Positions 10,041-20,421 of a stretch of DNA of 64,000 nucleotides are shown here, piece by piece. The DNA comes from Candidatus Eiseniibacteriota bacterium (lineage in GTDB: Bacteria > ARS69), in assembly GCA_052390515.1 (NCBI GenBank), contig JBQTGV010000062.1, positions 547 through 64,546 of the forward strand. Direction: 5' to 3'. The position numbers and the translations under genes are program-made. Within the stretch, counting starts at the first letter, position 1. The number at the start of each line of letters is the position of its first letter. The notes under the pieces were generated by a model. That model was not told where the DNA came from. It saw only the letters and a list, made by a program, of their open reading frames with translations, and ran no database searches.

Positions 10041-10186
10041 TCGCGGACCGGGGATCTCCCGAGGCCTAGCTCTCGATTGAGACGCACCTCTCGTTTTAGC
10101 GCCTCGTTTATGCCGCTCCGCCGTAGGTTGTCGTGCGGGTCGACGCCGGAGTCGGACGCGGCCCGCTGAACCCACGGAGTGACGCG

Positions 10187-10270
10187 ATGGCCGACGTGCT
10201 CTTCCTCGTTCTCATCTTCGGGTTTCTGGCGGCGTGCCTGGGACTCGTGGAGCTGTGCGACCGGATCTAG
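10187..10270 (+). CDS. 27-aa single-TM micropeptide upstream of kdpF
   Basis: [33 protein letters not shown] upstream; below the ORF-track cutoff. Confidence 0.7.
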   Translation: MADVLFLVLIFGFLAACLGLVELCDRI

Positions 10271-10282
10271 GGAGGCGGTGGA

Positions 10283-10375
10283 GTGAACGCGCTGTACGTG
10301 ATCGGGGCCGCGGTGGCGCTCCTCCTTCTCGTCTACCTCGTCGTCGCCCTGCTCCAGCCGGAGAGATTCTCGTGA
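10283..10375 (+). CDS. kdpF: K+-transporting ATPase subunit F
   Basis: [30 protein letters not shown], with the YLxxALLxPERF signature; GGAGG SD; GTGA overlap with kdpA. Confidence 0.9.
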   Translation: MNALYVIGAAVALLLLVYLVVALLQPERFS

Positions 10376-12099
10376 CCGTGAACGGCGTCGTGCAGCTGGC
10401 GCTCTATCTGCTCGCTCTGCTCCTTCTGGCGAGGCCGCTTGGCGCGTACATGGCCCGCGTCTACCAGGGGCGGCGCGTCGCGCTGGACCGAGTCCTCGGA
10501 CCGCTCGAGCGGGCCATCTACCGCGTGGCCGGAGTTCGCCCGGAGAGGGAGACGGGCTGGAAGAAGTACGCGACGGACATGCTGCTCTTCAACTTCGCGG
10601 GCATTGTCGTCGTCTACGTTCTGCAGCGCCTGCAGGCGGTGCTGCCGCTGAATCCGGAAGGGCTCGGACCGGTGTCGCCGCACTCGGCGTTCAACACCGC
10701 GGTGAGCTTCGGTACGAACACGAACTGGCAGGGCTACGGCGGCGAGACGACCATGAGCTATCTGACTCAGATGGCCGGTCTCACCGTGCAGAACTTCGTC
10801 TCGGCGGCCGCGGGAATGGCCGTCCTGGCAGCCTTCGTCCGGGGGTTCGCGCGGCGCGAGGCCGAGACGATCGGCAATTTCTGGGTCGACCTCGTCCGCT
10901 CCACGCTGTACGTGCTGCTGCCGCTCTCGCTGGTGGTCGCCGTCGTGCTCGTCTCCCAAGGCGTGGTGCAGACCACGTCGCCGTACCTGCACGCGGACCC
11001 CGTGCAGCCCGGACAGGCCGAGCAGGTGCTCGCCGTCGGGCCGGCCGCGTCGCAGATCGCCATCAAGCAGCTGGGCACGAACGGCGGCGGCTTCTTCAAC
11101 GTGAACTCCGCGCACCCGTTCGAGAATCCGACGCCTCTGTCGAACTTCGTCGAGATGCTCGCCATCCTGGTGATCTCCGCTGCGCTCTGCCACACGTTCG
11201 GGATCATGGTGGGCGACCGCCGGCAGGGGTGGGCCGTGCTCACGGCGATGACCGTGCTCTTCGTCGGGCTGCTCCTCGTGTGCGTGGCCGCCGAGCAGGG
11301 GGCAACGCCGCTCCGGGACCTCGGCGTCGACGACCGCGCCGGTCCCCTCCAGGCTGGAGGCAACATGGAGGGCAAGGAGGCCCGCTTCGGAGTCGTGAAC
11401 TCCGCGCTCTGGGCCACCGCGACCACCGCCGCGTCGAACGGATCCGTCAACGCGATGCACGACTCGTTCACGCCGATCGGGGGCCTCGTCCCGATGTGGC
11501 TGATGCAGCTCGGTGAAGTCGTGTTCGGCGGGGTGGGCTCGGGGCTCTACGGAATGCTGGTCTTCGCCATCATCGCGGTGTTCATCGCCGGTCTGATGGT
11601 GGGCAGAACGCCCGAGTACCTGGGAAAGAAGATCGAGGCGTACGAGATGAAGATGGCGGCGCTGGTGATCCTCATTCCGCCCGCCGTCGTGCTGACCGGC
11701 ACGGCCGTCGCCGTCGTGGTGCCGGCGGGGAAGGCGACCATCTTCAATCCCGGCGCGCACGGTTTCAGCGAAGTCCTGTACGCGTTCTCCTCGGCCGGCA
11801 ACAACAACGGCAGCGCCTTCGCCGGGCTCGGCGCGAACACGCCCTTCTACAACACGGCGTTGGGGCTGGCCATGCTGTTCGCCCGCTACTGGCTGGCCGT
11901 GCCGACGCTGGCCATCGCCGGCTCACTGGCGCGCAAGAAGATCGTACCCGCGGGCCCCGGCACGCTGCCCACGCACACGCCTCTCTTCGTCGCGCTGCTG
12001 ATCGGCGTGGTCGTGCTGGTCGGCGCGCTCACGTTCGTGCCGAGCCTCGCGCTCGGACCGATCGTGGAGCACCTGCAAGTGGCCGCGACGCGGTCCTGA
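10372..12099 (+). CDS. kdpA: K+-transporting ATPase subunit A
   Basis: [52 protein letters not shown]. Confidence 0.97.
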   Translation: MTVNGVVQLALYLLALLLLARPLGAYMARVYQGRRVALDRVLGPLERAIYRVAGVRPERETGWKKYATDMLLFNFAGIVVVYVLQRLQAVLPLNPEGLGPVSPHSAFNTAVSFGTNTNWQGYGGETTMSYLTQMAGLTVQNFVSAAAGMAVLAAFVRGFARREAETIGNFWVDLVRSTLYVLLPLSLVVAVVLVSQGVVQTTSPYLHADPVQPGQAEQVLAVGPAASQIAIKQLGTNGGGFFNVNSAHPFENPTPLSNFVEMLAILVISAALCHTFGIMVGDRRQGWAVLTAMTVLFVGLLLVCVAAEQGATPLRDLGVDDRAGPLQAGGNMEGKEARFGVVNSALWATATTAASNGSVNAMHDSFTPIGGLVPMWLMQLGEVVFGGVGSGLYGMLVFAIIAVFIAGLMVGRTPEYLGKKIEAYEMKMAALVILIPPAVVLTGTAVAVVVPAGKATIFNPGAHGFSEVLYAFSSAGNNNGSAFAGLGANTPFYNTALGLAMLFARYWLAVPTLAIAGSLARKKIVPAGPGTLPTHTPLFVALLIGVVVLVGALTFVPSLALGPIVEHLQVAATRS

Positions 12100-12106
12100 G
12101 CGGAGG

Positions 12107-14191
12107 ATGGACGTACCGATGTCGACACCCGTGAGGAAGCGGACTCTGTTGGACCGTCGGATCCTGCGACGCGCTCTCCTCGACTCCCTGCGCAAGCTGC
12201 ACCCCGCCGTACAGATTCGGAATCCGGTGATGTTCGTCGTTTGGGTGGGAAGCGTCCTCACCACGGTGCTCTTCGTGCAGGCGCTCACTGGACGCGGCGA
12301 AGCTCCGGTAGGCTTCATCCTGGCCGTGTCGGTGTGGCTCTGGTTGACCGTGCTCTTCGCGAACTTCGCCGAGTCCATCGCCGAGGGGCGGGGCAAGGCT
12401 CAGGCCGAGGCGCTCCGCCGGACGCGGCAGGACGTCCAGGCGCGGAAGCTGGCCAAGGCCGATCGGAACGCCGCGTCGGAGCGGGTGCCCGGAAGCGCGC
12501 TGCGCAAGGGCGACCTGGTGCTGGTGGAGCCGGGCCAGGTGATTCCCGGCGACGGCGAGGTGATCGAGGGCGCCGCCTCGGTGGACGAGAGCGCCATCAC
12601 CGGAGAAAGCGCCCCCGTGATCCGCGAGAGCGGCGGCGACCGGAGTGCGGTGACCGGCGGCACGCGCGTGCTCTCCGACTGGCTGATCGTGCGCATCGCG
12701 GCGAATCCGGGGGAGGCCTTCCTCGACCGCATGATCGCCATGGTCGAGGGCGCGAAGCGGCGCAAGACGCCCAACGAGATCGCGCTCAACATCCTGCTGG
12801 CCGGCTTCACCATCATCTTCCTGCTGGCCACGGCCACGCTGCTCCCGTTCTCGCTCTTTAGTGTCTACGCCGCCGGGCAGGGGACGCCGGTCACGGTCAC
12901 CGTCCTGATCGCGCTGCTGGTCTGTCTCATCCCGACGACGATCGGCGGGCTGCTCTCCGCGATCGGCATCGCCGGAATGGACCGCATGCACCGGGCGAAC
13001 GTGATCGCCATGTCCGGGCGCGCGGTCGAGGCCGCAGGCGACGTCGACGTGCTGCTCCTGGACAAGACCGGCACGATCACGCTCGGTAACCGCCAGGCGA
13101 CCGAGTTCCTTCCCGCCGCAGGCGTGCAGGAACGCGACCTGGCCGACGCCGCGCAGATCGCCTCGCTGGCGGACGAGACGCCGGAGGGCCGCAGCATCGT
13201 CGTGCTGGCGAAGGAGAAGTACGGCATCCGCGGGCGTGACGTGAGCGGCCTGGGGGCCAAGTTCGTGCCCTTCACGGCGCAGACGAGAATGAGCGGTGTC
13301 GACCTCGACGGGCGTCTCGTCCGCAAAGGTGCGCCGGACGCGATCGACGCGTTCGTCCGGGGGCTCGGCGGCGAGGTCCCCGCGTCGGTGAGGGCGGCGG
13401 TCGAGGGCGTGGCCAAGGGCGGCGCAACGCCGCTGGTCGTTGCCGACGGCGCGAAGGTGCTGGGCGTCGTGCAGCTCAAGGACATCGTCAAGGGCGGGAT
13501 CCGGGAGCGCTTCGGCGAGCTTCGCCGCATGGGCATCCAGACCATCATGATCACCGGGGACAACCCGCTCACTGCCGCGGCGATCTCCGCCGAGGCCGGG
13601 GTGGACGACTTCCTCGCGCAGGCCACCCCGGAGGCCAAGCTCTCACTCATCCGCAGCCTGCAGGCGGGCGGTCGGCTCGTGGCCATGACCGGCGACGGCA
13701 CGAACGACGCGCCGGCGCTCGCCCAAGCCGACGTCGCCGTGGCGATGAACACCGGGACGCAGGCGGCGAAGGAAGCCGGGAACATGGTCGACCTGGACTC
13801 CAATCCGACGAAGCTCATCGAGGTGGTGGAGACCGGCAAGCAGATGCTCATGACCCGCGGCGCGCTGACGACGTTCAGCATCGCCAACGACGTCGCCAAG
13901 TACTTCGCGATCATCCCGGCGGCGTTCGCCACCACCTACCCGGCGCTCGAGGCCCTGGACGTGATGCACCTGGCCACGCCGGAGAGCGCCATCCTCTCGG
14001 CCGTGATCTTCAACGCGCTGATCATCATCGCGCTGGTGCCGCTGGCGCTGCGCGGGGTGCGCTACCGGCCGATCGGCGCGTCTCGTGTCCTGCGTCGGTT
14101 CCTGCTGGTCTACGGAGTCGGGGGGATCGTGGCGCCGTTCGTCGGGATCAAGCTGATCGACATGCTCCTCACCGCCACGGGGTTGTCATGA
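12107..14191 (+). CDS. kdpB: K+-transporting P-type ATPase subunit B (alternative start 12119)
   Basis: [17 protein letters not shown] phosphorylation site, [14 protein letters not shown]. Confidence 0.98.
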   Translation: MDVPMSTPVRKRTLLDRRILRRALLDSLRKLHPAVQIRNPVMFVVWVGSVLTTVLFVQALTGRGEAPVGFILAVSVWLWLTVLFANFAESIAEGRGKAQAEALRRTRQDVQARKLAKADRNAASERVPGSALRKGDLVLVEPGQVIPGDGEVIEGAASVDESAITGESAPVIRESGGDRSAVTGGTRVLSDWLIVRIAANPGEAFLDRMIAMVEGAKRRKTPNEIALNILLAGFTIIFLLATATLLPFSLFSVYAAGQGTPVTVTVLIALLVCLIPTTIGGLLSAIGIAGMDRMHRANVIAMSGRAVEAAGDVDVLLLDKTGTITLGNRQATEFLPAAGVQERDLADAAQIASLADETPEGRSIVVLAKEKYGIRGRDVSGLGAKFVPFTAQTRMSGVDLDGRLVRKGAPDAIDAFVRGLGGEVPASVRAAVEGVAKGGATPLVVADGAKVLGVVQLKDIVKGGIRERFGELRRMGIQTIMITGDNPLTAAAISAEAGVDDFLAQATPEAKLSLIRSLQAGGRLVAMTGDGTNDAPALAQADVAVAMNTGTQAAKEAGNMVDLDSNPTKLIEVVETGKQMLMTRGALTTFSIANDVAKYFAIIPAAFATTYPALEALDVMHLATPESAILSAVIFNALIIIALVPLALRGVRYRPIGASRVLRRFLLVYGVGGIVAPFVGIKLIDMLLTATGLS

Positions 14192-14769
14192 GAGAGCCTT
14201 CGTCCATCCGCCCGGCAGTGGTCGTCCTCGCGTGCCTGACCGTCGTGACCGGGTTCGCGTATCCGCTGCTGGTGACCGCCGTCGGCCGGGCGGCGTTCCC
14301 GGGACCGGCGAGTGGAAGCCTCGTGATCCTCGACGGCCGGCCCGTCGGGTCGACGCTCATCGGCCAGCCCTTCGACGACCCGGCGTACTTCTGGGGAAGA
14401 CTGTCGGCGACCGGACCGACCGCCTACAACGGCGGTGCGTCCAGCGGATCGAACTACGGCCCGCTGAACCCGGCGGTCCGAGAGGCGGCGGAGACGAGGA
14501 TCGCGGCGCTGAAGCGGGCGGATCCCCAGAACGACGCGCCGGTCCCGGTGGATCTCGTCACCGCGTCCGGAAGCGGTCTCGATCCGCACGTCTCTCCCGC
14601 GGCGGCGCTGTACCAGATACCGCGCGTGGCGCGGGCGCGCGAGCTCGCCGAAGACGAGCTGCGCCAGCTAGTCGGGGAGCACACCGAGGCGAGGACGTTC
14701 GGCATTCTGGGAGAGCCCCGGGTGAACGTCCTGCTGCTGAACATCGCTCTCGAAGAGGGAAGGAAGTGA
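14188..14769 (+). CDS. kdpC: K+-transporting ATPase subunit C
   Basis: [39 protein letters not shown]. Confidence 0.97.
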   Translation: MREPSSIRPAVVVLACLTVVTGFAYPLLVTAVGRAAFPGPASGSLVILDGRPVGSTLIGQPFDDPAYFWGRLSATGPTAYNGGASSGSNYGPLNPAVREAAETRIAALKRADPQNDAPVPVDLVTASGSGLDPHVSPAAALYQIPRVARARELAEDELRQLVGEHTEARTFGILGEPRVNVLLLNIALEEGRK

Positions 14770-15599
14770 CGTCGACCGCAACGGGTCGGAAGCAACAACG
14801 AACCCTCGGCACGTGCTGCACCGCTCCCGGGCAGCGCCAGGCCAAGCTCGCCGCCGCCTCGACCGCCGCGTTGCTCGTGCTCGCCCAGTGGCCCGCGGCG
14901 GCGACCCCGTCCTCCACGCTGTGGACCAACTGCACGATCGACATCCAGCCGTACCGCGTCCTGCACCTCACCTACGACAACTACACGACGATCGGGGAGG
15001 ACGGTCCCGCGGCGGGCGGCCAGCAGTTCGCGAACGATCTGGGCCTCACCGTCGGCGTGCTCCCGTTCCACAAGCTGCAGATGGAGATCGCGCTGGACTG
15101 GCTGGAGCCCAGCGACCATCCGGCGTTCCTGGCCGCCAAGGCGGGCGCGCCGGAAGGGGCGCTCTTCGAGGGCGCTCCCGCGCTCCAGCTCGGGATCTTC
15201 AACGTCGGCACAGAGAAAGGCGTCACCGACCAGAACGTGGTCCATCTCATCGTCGGGCGAAGCCTGCCTTCCGGTCTCGGGCGGCTTCACGCCAGCGCGT
15301 ACGCCGGCAGCTCCGACCTGCTGCGCAGCAGCACCGGCGAAGAGGAGAACACCGGGCTCATGCTCGCATACGACCGCGGCTTGTGGCCGGTGGAGGAGTC
15401 AGCCGGCGGGTACAAGCGCGTCGTCCTGGCCGCCGACTGGTGCTCGGGGGACAACGCGCTCGGGGGCGGGGGAGTCGGGGTGTACTACTACTTCGCCGGC
15501 AACGTCTCCATCCTGTCCGGTCCCCTGTGGTTCAACGACGACGGCCTGAACGGCGATTGGAAGTGGACGACGCAGCTCGACGCCAACGTGGAGTTCTGA
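14766..15599 (+). CDS. Putative outer-membrane beta-barrel protein inside the kdp operon
   Basis: GTGA coupling to kdpC; signal-peptide-like region ending AAA; amphipathic beta-strand pattern; C-terminal ...[11 protein letters not shown] (terminal Phe, beta-signal-like). Confidence 0.65.
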   Translation: MTSTATGRKQQRTLGTCCTAPGQRQAKLAAASTAALLVLAQWPAAATPSSTLWTNCTIDIQPYRVLHLTYDNYTTIGEDGPAAGGQQFANDLGLTVGVLPFHKLQMEIALDWLEPSDHPAFLAAKAGAPEGALFEGAPALQLGIFNVGTEKGVTDQNVVHLIVGRSLPSGLGRLHASAYAGSSDLLRSSTGEEENTGLMLAYDRGLWPVEESAGGYKRVVLAADWCSGDNALGGGGVGVYYYFAGNVSILSGPLWFNDDGLNGDWKWTTQLDANVEF

Positions 15600-15658
15600 C
15601 CGGCCGTGAAGCCGGTGCGGCCTTGTCCGCCCATTTCCAGGCGAGGATAATCGCTCCC

Positions 15659-18349
15659 ATGGACGCTGACCGCCGCCCGAGCCCGGAGGAGATGCTCGCC
15701 CGGGCGGCGGAAGAGGAGTCGCAGCGCGGGCGCGGCAAGCTGCGCATCTTCTTCGGCGCGGCCCCCGGCGTCGGCAAGACCTACGCGATGCTGGAGGTCG
15801 CGCGCCAGCGGCGGGCCGAAGGCGTCGACGTCGTCGTGGGCTGGGTCGAGACGCACGGACGGAGCGAGACGGAGGCGCTCACCGAGGGTCTGGAGCGGAT
15901 CCCGGCGCACACCGTCGCGTACCGCGGCATCACCCTGCGGGAGTTCGATCTGGAGGCGGCGCTCCGGCGCCGCCCGGCGCTGCTGTTGCTCGACGAACTG
16001 GCCCACACCAACGCGCCGGGCTCCAAACACGCCCGTCGCTTCCAGGACGCGCAGGATCTGCTCGACGCGGGCATCGACGTCTTCACCACGCTCAACGTGC
16101 AGCACCTGGAGAGCCTGAACGACGTCGTCGCGCAGATCAGCGGCGTCGTGGTGCGCGAGACCGTACCCGACTCGGTGTTCCAGCAAGCCGAGGACGTCGA
16201 GCTGGTGGACATCACCCCGGACGATCTGCTCAAGAGATTGCGCGAAGGGAAGGTCTACATTCCTGCGCAGGCCGAGCGGGCCGTCGAGCGCTTCTTCCGC
16301 AAGGGCAACCTGATCGCCCTGCGGGAGCTGTCCCTGCAACGCACCGCCGAGCGGGTCGACGCGCAGATGACCCGCTGGAAGCGCGACGAGGGCATCGCCC
16401 AGGTGTGGCCGGCGCGGGAGCGCATCCTCGTCGCCATCGGACCCGCGCCGCAATCGGCGAACCTGATTCGCGCCGGCTACCGCATGGCCACGCGGCTGGG
16501 TGCGCCGTGGAGCGTCGTCTGGGTGGAGACGTCCGCCGCCCACCGCCTTCCGCAGTCGGACCGGGACCGCATCCAGCAACACCTGACCCTCGCCGGACAG
16601 CTCGGCGCGGAGACCGGGGTCGTCGCTGGCGAGCGCGTGAGCGAGGTCCTGCTGCACGCCGCCCGCCAGCAGAACGCGACGCGGATCGTCGTGGGGAAGC
16701 CCACTCACTCCCGCTGGCACGACCGCCTGCGCGGCTCGCTGGTGAGCGAGCTGGTCCGCGGCTCGGGCCCCATCGACGTGATCGCCACGCGCGGAGAGGA
16801 GGGCGAGCCCGCGCGGACCCGTCTGGAGCGCGCGCCGAGCCGCTCGACCGCGTCGCAGTTCTGGTGGGCGCTGGCCGTCGTCCTGGCGGCCACGGCGGTG
16901 TGCTGGCTCACACATTCGCTATTCGACCTGGCCGACCGCGCGATGATCTACCTCGTCGGCATCCTCTACGTGGCGAGCCGGTCGGGAAGGGGACCGGCCC
17001 TCCTCGCCAGCCTCGCGAGCGTCGCCGCGCTCGACTTCTTCTTCGTGCCGCCGTACTACACCTTCGCCGTCTCCGACCTCCGCTACCTCGTCACGTTCTC
17101 CGTGCTGCTGCTGACCGGCGTCCTGGTCAGCAGTCTCGCGCTGCGCATCCGCCACCAGGCGGAATCCGCCCAGGAGCGCGAGCGGCGCACCGCCGTCCTC
17201 TATGCCCTGACCCGGAGCTTCGCGTTCCGCCGCTCGGTCGCGGACATCGCCGAGGCGGCGGCGGCGCACGTGAGCGTGCTGTTCGAGATCAAGGCGGCGG
17301 TCCTGCTGGCGGCGGGACAGACTCTCGTGGCGCGGGCCGGCGGGCAGCACGCGTTCGTGCGCGACGAACGCGAGCTCACCGTGGCGCGGTGGGTGTTCGA
17401 TCACGGCCGCCCCGGGGGCCGCTCCACCGATACGCTCCCGGGAGTACAGGGGCTCTACCTGCCCCTGGTGGGCGGCAGCCGCACGCTCGGGGTGCTGGCC
17501 GTGGCGCTCGGCGAGCGGAGCGAGCCGCTCACCGCGTCCCAGCGCCAGATCCTGGACGTGTTCGGTAAGCAGGCCGCGCTCGCGCTGGAGCGCGCTCTGC
17601 TCGCGGAGGAGACCGAGCAGGCGCGGGTCGCGGTGGAGACGGAGCGACTGCGCGGCACCCTGCTCGCGACCATGTCGCACGACCTGCGCACGCCGATCGC
17701 GGCGGTGAAGGGCGCTGCGACGAGCCTGCTCGATGATGCCGCCGAGCTTCCGGCGAAAGAGCGTCGCGATCTGCTGGAGACCATCCGCGACGAGGCCGAG
17801 CAGCTCCACCGGATCGTCCGCGACCTGCTGGACCTCAGCCGGATCGAATCCGGTGCGCTGGTGATCGGCAAGGAGTGGTGCCCGCTGGAGGACGTGGTCG
17901 GCTCGTCGCTCGTGCGTCTCGACTCCGTCCTCGCCGGGCGCCGGGTGCGGGTGAGCCTGCCCGAGCCGCTGCTCCTCGTCCCGGTCGATCCCGTGCTGAT
18001 GGAGCAGGTGTTGACCAACCTGCTGGAGAACGCGGCGAAGTACACGCCGCCGGGAACGCCGGTCGACGTCGAGGCCGCGGTCGGGGAGGAGGGTGTCACC
18101 GTCGAGGTGGCCGACCGCGGCCCCGGCATCCCTCCCGAGGAGCTGGAGCGGATCTTCGCCAAGTTCCACCGTCTTCCCGGCGACGGGGGGGTGTCCGGTA
18201 CGGGGCTCGGTCTGGCCATCTGCCAGGCCATCGTCGCCGCGCACGGCGGCCGAATCTGGGCGGAGAACCGCGAGGGGGGCGGAGCACGCTTCCGGTTCGT
18301 CATCCCCCTCGAGGGCGCCGGAGCTCCGCCTGTGGAGCCCTCAGGGTGA
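15659..18349 (+). CDS. kdpD: Sensor histidine kinase KdpD
   Basis: GAAPGVGKTYAML, DELAHTN, USP domain, four TMs, GAF, SHDLRTP, NLLENAAKY, GTGLGL. Confidence 0.97.
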   Translation: MDADRRPSPEEMLARAAEEESQRGRGKLRIFFGAAPGVGKTYAMLEVARQRRAEGVDVVVGWVETHGRSETEALTEGLERIPAHTVAYRGITLREFDLEAALRRRPALLLLDELAHTNAPGSKHARRFQDAQDLLDAGIDVFTTLNVQHLESLNDVVAQISGVVVRETVPDSVFQQAEDVELVDITPDDLLKRLREGKVYIPAQAERAVERFFRKGNLIALRELSLQRTAERVDAQMTRWKRDEGIAQVWPARERILVAIGPAPQSANLIRAGYRMATRLGAPWSVVWVETSAAHRLPQSDRDRIQQHLTLAGQLGAETGVVAGERVSEVLLHAARQQNATRIVVGKPTHSRWHDRLRGSLVSELVRGSGPIDVIATRGEEGEPARTRLERAPSRSTASQFWWALAVVLAATAVCWLTHSLFDLADRAMIYLVGILYVASRSGRGPALLASLASVAALDFFFVPPYYTFAVSDLRYLVTFSVLLLTGVLVSSLALRIRHQAESAQERERRTAVLYALTRSFAFRRSVADIAEAAAAHVSVLFEIKAAVLLAAGQTLVARAGGQHAFVRDERELTVARWVFDHGRPGGRSTDTLPGVQGLYLPLVGGSRTLGVLAVALGERSEPLTASQRQILDVFGKQAALALERALLAEETEQARVAVETERLRGTLLATMSHDLRTPIAAVKGAATSLLDDAAELPAKERRDLLETIRDEAEQLHRIVRDLLDLSRIESGALVIGKEWCPLEDVVGSSLVRLDSVLAGRRVRVSLPEPLLLVPVDPVLMEQVLTNLLENAAKYTPPGTPVDVEAAVGEEGVTVEVADRGPGIPPEELERIFAKFHRLPGDGGVSGTGLGLAICQAIVAAHGGRIWAENREGGGARFRFVIPLEGAGAPPVEPSG

Positions 18350-18375
18350 CCGGCCGGCGGGCGGCGCGCGAGCCG

Positions 18376-19104
18376 GTGACGCCCGGTCCTCTGGTTCTCG
18401 TGGTCGAGGACGAGGCCGCGATGCGCCGGTTCCTGCGTCCGAGCCTCAAGGCGCGCGGGTACCGCGTGATCGAGGCGGCGACCGGCGAGGAAGGTCTCGC
18501 CATGCTCCGGCAGTACGTACCCGAGGTCGTCCTGCTGGATCTCGGGCTGCCCGATCTGGACGGGCTCGAGGTGACGCGTCGCGTGCGGCAGCAGAGCCAG
18601 GTGCCCATCGTGGTGCTCTCTGCGCGCGGACAGGAGACCGACAAGGTGTCTGCGCTCGATGCCGGGGCGGACGACTACCTGACCAAGCCGTTCGGGATGG
18701 ACGAGCTGGTCGCGCGGGTCCGCGCGGCGCTCCGCCACGCCCTGCAGCAAGCCGGCGTCCCTGCGACACGGGAGTTCCGCGCGGGGGACCTTCGCGTCGA
18801 CCTCGTCGCGCGGCGCGTGTTCGTCGGCGAGCAGGAAGTGCAGCTGACCGCCATGGAGTACCGCCTCGTCTCCGTGCTCGTCCAGCACGCCGGCCGGGTG
18901 GTGACGCATCGCCAGTTGCTCGAAGCGGTCTGGGGCCCGGGTCATGCGCAGGACACGCAGTACCTCAGGGTTTACATGGCGCACCTGCGGCGGAAGCTGG
19001 AGCAGGATCCTTCGCGGCCGCGCCTCTTCCGGACCGAGACGGGCGTCGGGTACCGGCTGCTCACCGACGACGCAGAGCCGTCCGCCCCGGCGCCGGCGCG
19101 TTGA
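18376..19104 (+). CDS. kdpE: OmpR-family response regulator KdpE (alternative start 18346)
   Basis: VVEDE, LLDLGLPD, ADDYLTKPF, YLRVYMAHLRRKLE, TETGVGY. Confidence 0.95.
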   Translation: MTPGPLVLVVEDEAAMRRFLRPSLKARGYRVIEAATGEEGLAMLRQYVPEVVLLDLGLPDLDGLEVTRRVRQQSQVPIVVLSARGQETDKVSALDAGADDYLTKPFGMDELVARVRAALRHALQQAGVPATREFRAGDLRVDLVARRVFVGEQEVQLTAMEYRLVSVLVQHAGRVVTHRQLLEAVWGPGHAQDTQYLRVYMAHLRRKLEQDPSRPRLFRTETGVGYRLLTDDAEPSAPAPAR

Positions 19105-19113
19105 TCGTCCGGC

Positions 19114-20202
19114 TCAGAGCTGCGACCACTCGCTCTGCGGAGGGGCGATCGGAGCTTGCGGAGCGCGAGCGCCGACCGCGTCGAGATGCTGTCGGGCGCG
19201 CAGCTCGAGGGCCCGCCGCTTGGACGAGGCGGCCTCGCTCATGCCCAGGGCCTCGTCGAGGTCGGCGGCGCGCGTCAGGTACACGGGCGTGACCGGGTCG
19301 ATCCGGGCGGCGGTCTCCCACAGGACGAGCGGGATGACCCGGAGACCGTCCGCCTCGAGTGGAGCCGCGACGTGATGCAGACAGCGGGCGGCGGCGTCGG
19401 GCCGGAACGCCGCGACGAAGGCCACCAGCGAGACGAGCAGGGCGGCACCGGAGGCGTCCGGCCGCGCAACGTCCGCTTCGCCCGCGACCCGACGCATCCC
19501 GTCCAGAGCCTGCGAGATCCAGGCGAACAGCGCGACGAACAGGACCGTGGCCGACATGAGGAAAGCCACCTCGAGATCCGGGCCGCCGATGCCGGGCGCG
19601 TCCGCGATCCGGCTCCGGTCCCACAGCCACTGCGAGTGACCGAGGACGGCCGCCGAGGCGATCATCGGTCCGAGGATCCAGAAGGCGCGAACCGCGCGCC
19701 GGTGTTCGCCGACGATCAGCAGCCCGAGGCCGGGGACGAGCAGCCCGAGGACGCCGACGCTCGCGCGGTGGCCCAGCCAGCGCGGAGGGCGAGGCCTGCC
19801 CAGACGACAGGCGGTGCCGATGGCGCACGCCCAGGTCGTGAAGACCAGCAGCGTGACCAGCGGCACGACGATCAGCCAGCACAGGACTCCATACGGGATC
19901 GACGTCAGCCACTGGCCGAGGGAGGCCCCGCGAGTGAGGAAGACGACGCCCAGCACGGCGGAAACCGCCCCTGCGATTGCCCACGAGAGTCGATGCCGCC
20001 TCGGCGACCAGAGCGAAACGACGAACGGGCCGAGCAGGTAGGCGGCGAGGAGCTCCTTGCCGCTCCGGCTTCGTCCCGGAGACGGGAACGGTGTCGGCGT
20101 GGAGCGGACGAGCTGGGGGCGGGGCCTCGGCTCGCCTGGTGCACCGGCGTCCGGCCGCGCGCCGGTCCGCGGCAGCGGGATGCTCCACACCTTGCGCGCC
20201 AT
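19114..20202 (-). CDS. Hypothetical multi-pass membrane protein with a C-terminal TPR-like helical region
   Basis: About 6 hydrophobic segments, GLLVPGLGLL motif, Pro-rich N-terminus; start inferred at MARKVW. Confidence 0.6.
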   Translation of the reverse strand: MARKVWSIPLPRTGARPDAGAPGEPRPRPQLVRSTPTPFPSPGRSRSGKELLAAYLLGPFVVSLWSPRRHRLSWAIAGAVSAVLGVVFLTRGASLGQWLTSIPYGVLCWLIVVPLVTLLVFTTWACAIGTACRLGRPRPPRWLGHRASVGVLGLLVPGLGLLIVGEHRRAVRAFWILGPMIASAAVLGHSQWLWDRSRIADAPGIGGPDLEVAFLMSATVLFVALFAWISQALDGMRRVAGEADVARPDASGAALLVSLVAFVAAFRPDAAARCLHHVAAPLEADGLRVIPLVLWETAARIDPVTPVYLTRAADLDEALGMSEAASSKRRALELRARQHLDAVGARAPQAPIAPPQSEWSQL

Positions 20203-20421
20203 GGGTCGCCTCGAGTCGGCGCCCTCGGGACGCCTGGGAGACAGGGTGCCGTCAAAGGTGCAAACCGTATGCCTCGCGGTGGGCGTCAGCGGCCGCCAGG
20301 ATCGACCAGACCTGCCGAGCGCGATCGGCACACGTTCGCCGCCCGCTGTGCGACTCCTGCGCGGCACCGTTCGCCGTGTCGTTCGTCGAGTGAACAACGG
20401 GGCGCGGTCGATCGGTCTTGC

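Noticed and set aside
10092-10112. TTTA...TTTA repeat as a KdpE box
   Set aside because: Position is plausible, but the spacing is 12 rather than the expected 11 nt and the match is short; not called
10160-10190. CGCTGAACCC resembling the 5' end of a c-di-AMP (ydaO) riboswitch before kdp
   Set aside because: The remaining conserved elements are absent and a coding sequence starts immediately
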